Below, in pieces: positions 61,601 through 64,000 of a stretch of 64,000 nt of DNA; the first letter of the stretch is position 1; each line of letters starts with the position of its first letter. The notes under the pieces were generated by a model. The model saw only the letters and a list, made by a program, of their open reading frames with translations, did not search any database and was not told the origin of the DNA. The DNA is taken from assembly GCA_013239625.1 (NCBI GenBank), contig MU053304.1, positions 434,001 to 498,000 of the forward strand, given 5' to 3'. The stretch comes from Lama guanicoe (lineage: Eukaryota). The translations under genes were made by a program, and so were the position numbers.

Positions 61601-64000
61601 TTCCTGAGGGTGGTCCAGGACCCAAGCGGCTCACAGATTCCCAGTGAAATGTGGAAGGGACCCTCTTCAAAACCCCAGCCGCCTTCTGAGGCTCAGAGCC
61701 TTCGAGTCCAGGTGACACTTGAAGCCCCGGACACACCAGCGTGGGCCTGGAGCTGAGCTGGGGGTCAGGTGGAGAGAGCTGAACTGCTCGCAGAGAACAG
61801 GGAGCATTTGAACTTTTCCAGGACGCTGGGCGGCACTCATTGTGTTCACATCTCAATAACAAAACAACCCACAACTTAGAGCTTGTTGGTAACTTTTATT
61901 ATTATTACTTGGTGATAAGTTCTCTTCTTGGTGTACAAAACTCATGATTGTTGCCTTTTAGGAAGCTGTGGCAATGTGTTTGGTGGTATTAGCCCTGAGG
62001 TCACCCCATTCTGCCCTGAAGACTCTGATCCTTGCCCTCAGGCCCCTTTCCCAGGCGACACAGTCCTTATCAGTCCACAGTGGCTGCACTGGTGTGTAAG
62101 TCTCCCAGGAGTCAGGGCTGCCTGCTGCCTCTGGGCTGCTGGAGGCTAGAAGAGGCAGAGGGGCCAGTAGGAAAGGCCAGGGAAGAGCCAAGTGTCACGG
62201 CCTAAAACCCCAGAAATAGGGTCAGGGAGCCCACACCCTGGTGGCTCACTTGTGGGCTCCCCATAGATGAGGGAGTCTGCCTTCCCTATCAAGACAGAAG
62301 CACAGAATGAGAATGGCAGCCGAGGACAGGCCTGCTGCTGGCCTGGAAACCCTCAGCAGACAGGCACACCCCTGGCCGCAGAAGAGCTTCTCTCTTCTCT
62401 GGACCAGGCCTCCCAATTATGGGTGTGCACATGCATTGTAAGTACAACCATGAACATATATCCATGTCTAGCGACATGTTTCATGAGTGTGGGCCAGATG
62501 TGTGTTTGCACATGTGCAGACATGAGCATGTGCCTGTATGTCTGCAGTCATGCCAGCATCCTTCCCATCTAAGGGCTGGGGCACAAAGCTGGACTCTGCA
62601 GGTACACAGGTGTTTGCTTTATCTTCCTTTGTATTTTTCTGTATTTTTCAGCCTTCCCAAATTTTAGCGCATGTACATGCCCCCTACACACGTACACAGA
62701 GGCTCTCTGCCCTGGTCATCAGCCAGTGAGGGAGGCAGGCATAGTCAGGAAGGTCCACACTGAGTGTGACAAGGGCCGCAGCAGCGAGGACCCAGAGGAG
62801 AGAGCAGACAAGCTCTGCCTAAGCAGTTAGGGAGGACTTCCCAGGGGAGGCATCTTCTGAGCTGGGACTCAAGATAAGGAGGCTGCTCCAGGTGAACTGG
62901 AGGCCTTCCTTGCTGATCGCGCCTCCCTGCTGCACCCCCTTTCCTCTGGCAGAGCCCTCCCCGCTGTGGCCCCTTGCTTTGCTGTCTCCGTCTCCCATTC
63001 TCACCTTCACTGTGCCCTTGGGACAAGTCCATGTACCTCCCTTGTGCCTCAGTTTTCTGACCAAAACAACAACAGCAAACATAAGCAAATCACACAAACG
63101 GCTAATAATGCAGCCTTATCTGGGTGAGAATGGATCCTCAATTCCAGTGCACGTATTTCATTTGGCTCAGTCTTTTTCTAGAAGTTTCTAAGTCACTAAA
63201 CCCAAGAACAGAAAGGGATTGTGGAACTAACCTAGTCCCATATCACACCCTGGGAGGCATGATCCCTAAATAAGCCTCCTTCAGGGGTCACGTGGTCTCA
63301 GCCTAAACACCTACTTGTACACACAGGCAAGCACACACTCCTGCATGGACACACATACACCTAGAGCAGTGCCCACCTCCCCATCAGCCATCAGGTCCCA
63401 GGTAGCCTCCTCGCCTCCTGCCTTCCTCTCTCCCTCTGCCTCCCTTCCCCGCCTGGAACTGGGGACACAGTGGCCTGGGGAGGGGTGAGCTCTGCCTCCT
63501 TCTGCGTCATCTTAGAGAAGTCAGTTAACTTCTCTGAGCCTCAGTTTCTTTTTGTAAAGGTGATAAGGGGATGAGGGAAAAGTTACAGTCTGTAAACTGT
63601 ATACTGCCCTGCAGATGCTACTTACTATGAGGAAACCGTTTGAGAGCAATTACAGAGCAGCCATCAAGGATAATAGAACAATACAGGGGAAACTGCACAC
63701 ATATGTGCTAGGGAGGCCCCCCAGGAAGAGCACTTTGAGGGTGTCCTCTGTGGCTGCCTTTGGGTGGTATCTCTATGTCCTGCGTTCTCTGCATAAGACA
63801 TAACGCCCCTAATCCCCAGAGCCAGCCTGGGGGAAGGGATCAGCCCCACATGACCAGGAGGACCTGCTGGCTCAGAGAAGTGATCATCCAGCTCAGAGAC
63901 AACAGGCCGGCCCTGGAGTTCAGGTCTCTGGCCCTGAAATGTGGGTGCTTTCCACTCTGTAGCTGCAGTGGGACAGTTTTCAAGCCAGAGAGATTTGACA

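Overview
This is mammalian genomic DNA, most likely camelid (alpaca/llama/camel) judging from vic-1-like tRNA-derived SINEs and no recognisable Alu, B1, Bov-tA or PRE-1. It holds two convergent genes. PDE6D (+): the first 31.1 kb is the 3' part of intron 1 (exon 1 lies upstream of the window), followed by exons 2-5 (31124-34685) and the 3'UTR to ~35.2 kb. PTMA, prothymosin alpha (-): complete, five exons, CDS 51871->47804, 110/111 aa, with a CpG-island promoter and a miR-1244-homologous 3'UTR segment. The rest is ancient and lineage-specific repeats (L1, L2, MIR, MER, MLT1, SINE) plus a retroposed U6 copy. I found no novel protein-coding system; the long ORFs in the track are GC-island or repeat artefacts. 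The most interesting signals are: a U12-type acceptor on the giant PDE6D intron 1 with internal perfect U12 donor motifs and a candidate poison exon; a TSD-bounded L1/non-L1 chimeric insertion; the GAG/GAG tandem acceptor in PTMA; co-oriented CTCF motifs around PTMA; and several strong palindromes or hairpins. Repeat subfamily names and comparisons to human sequences are from memory, and repeat boundaries are approximate.
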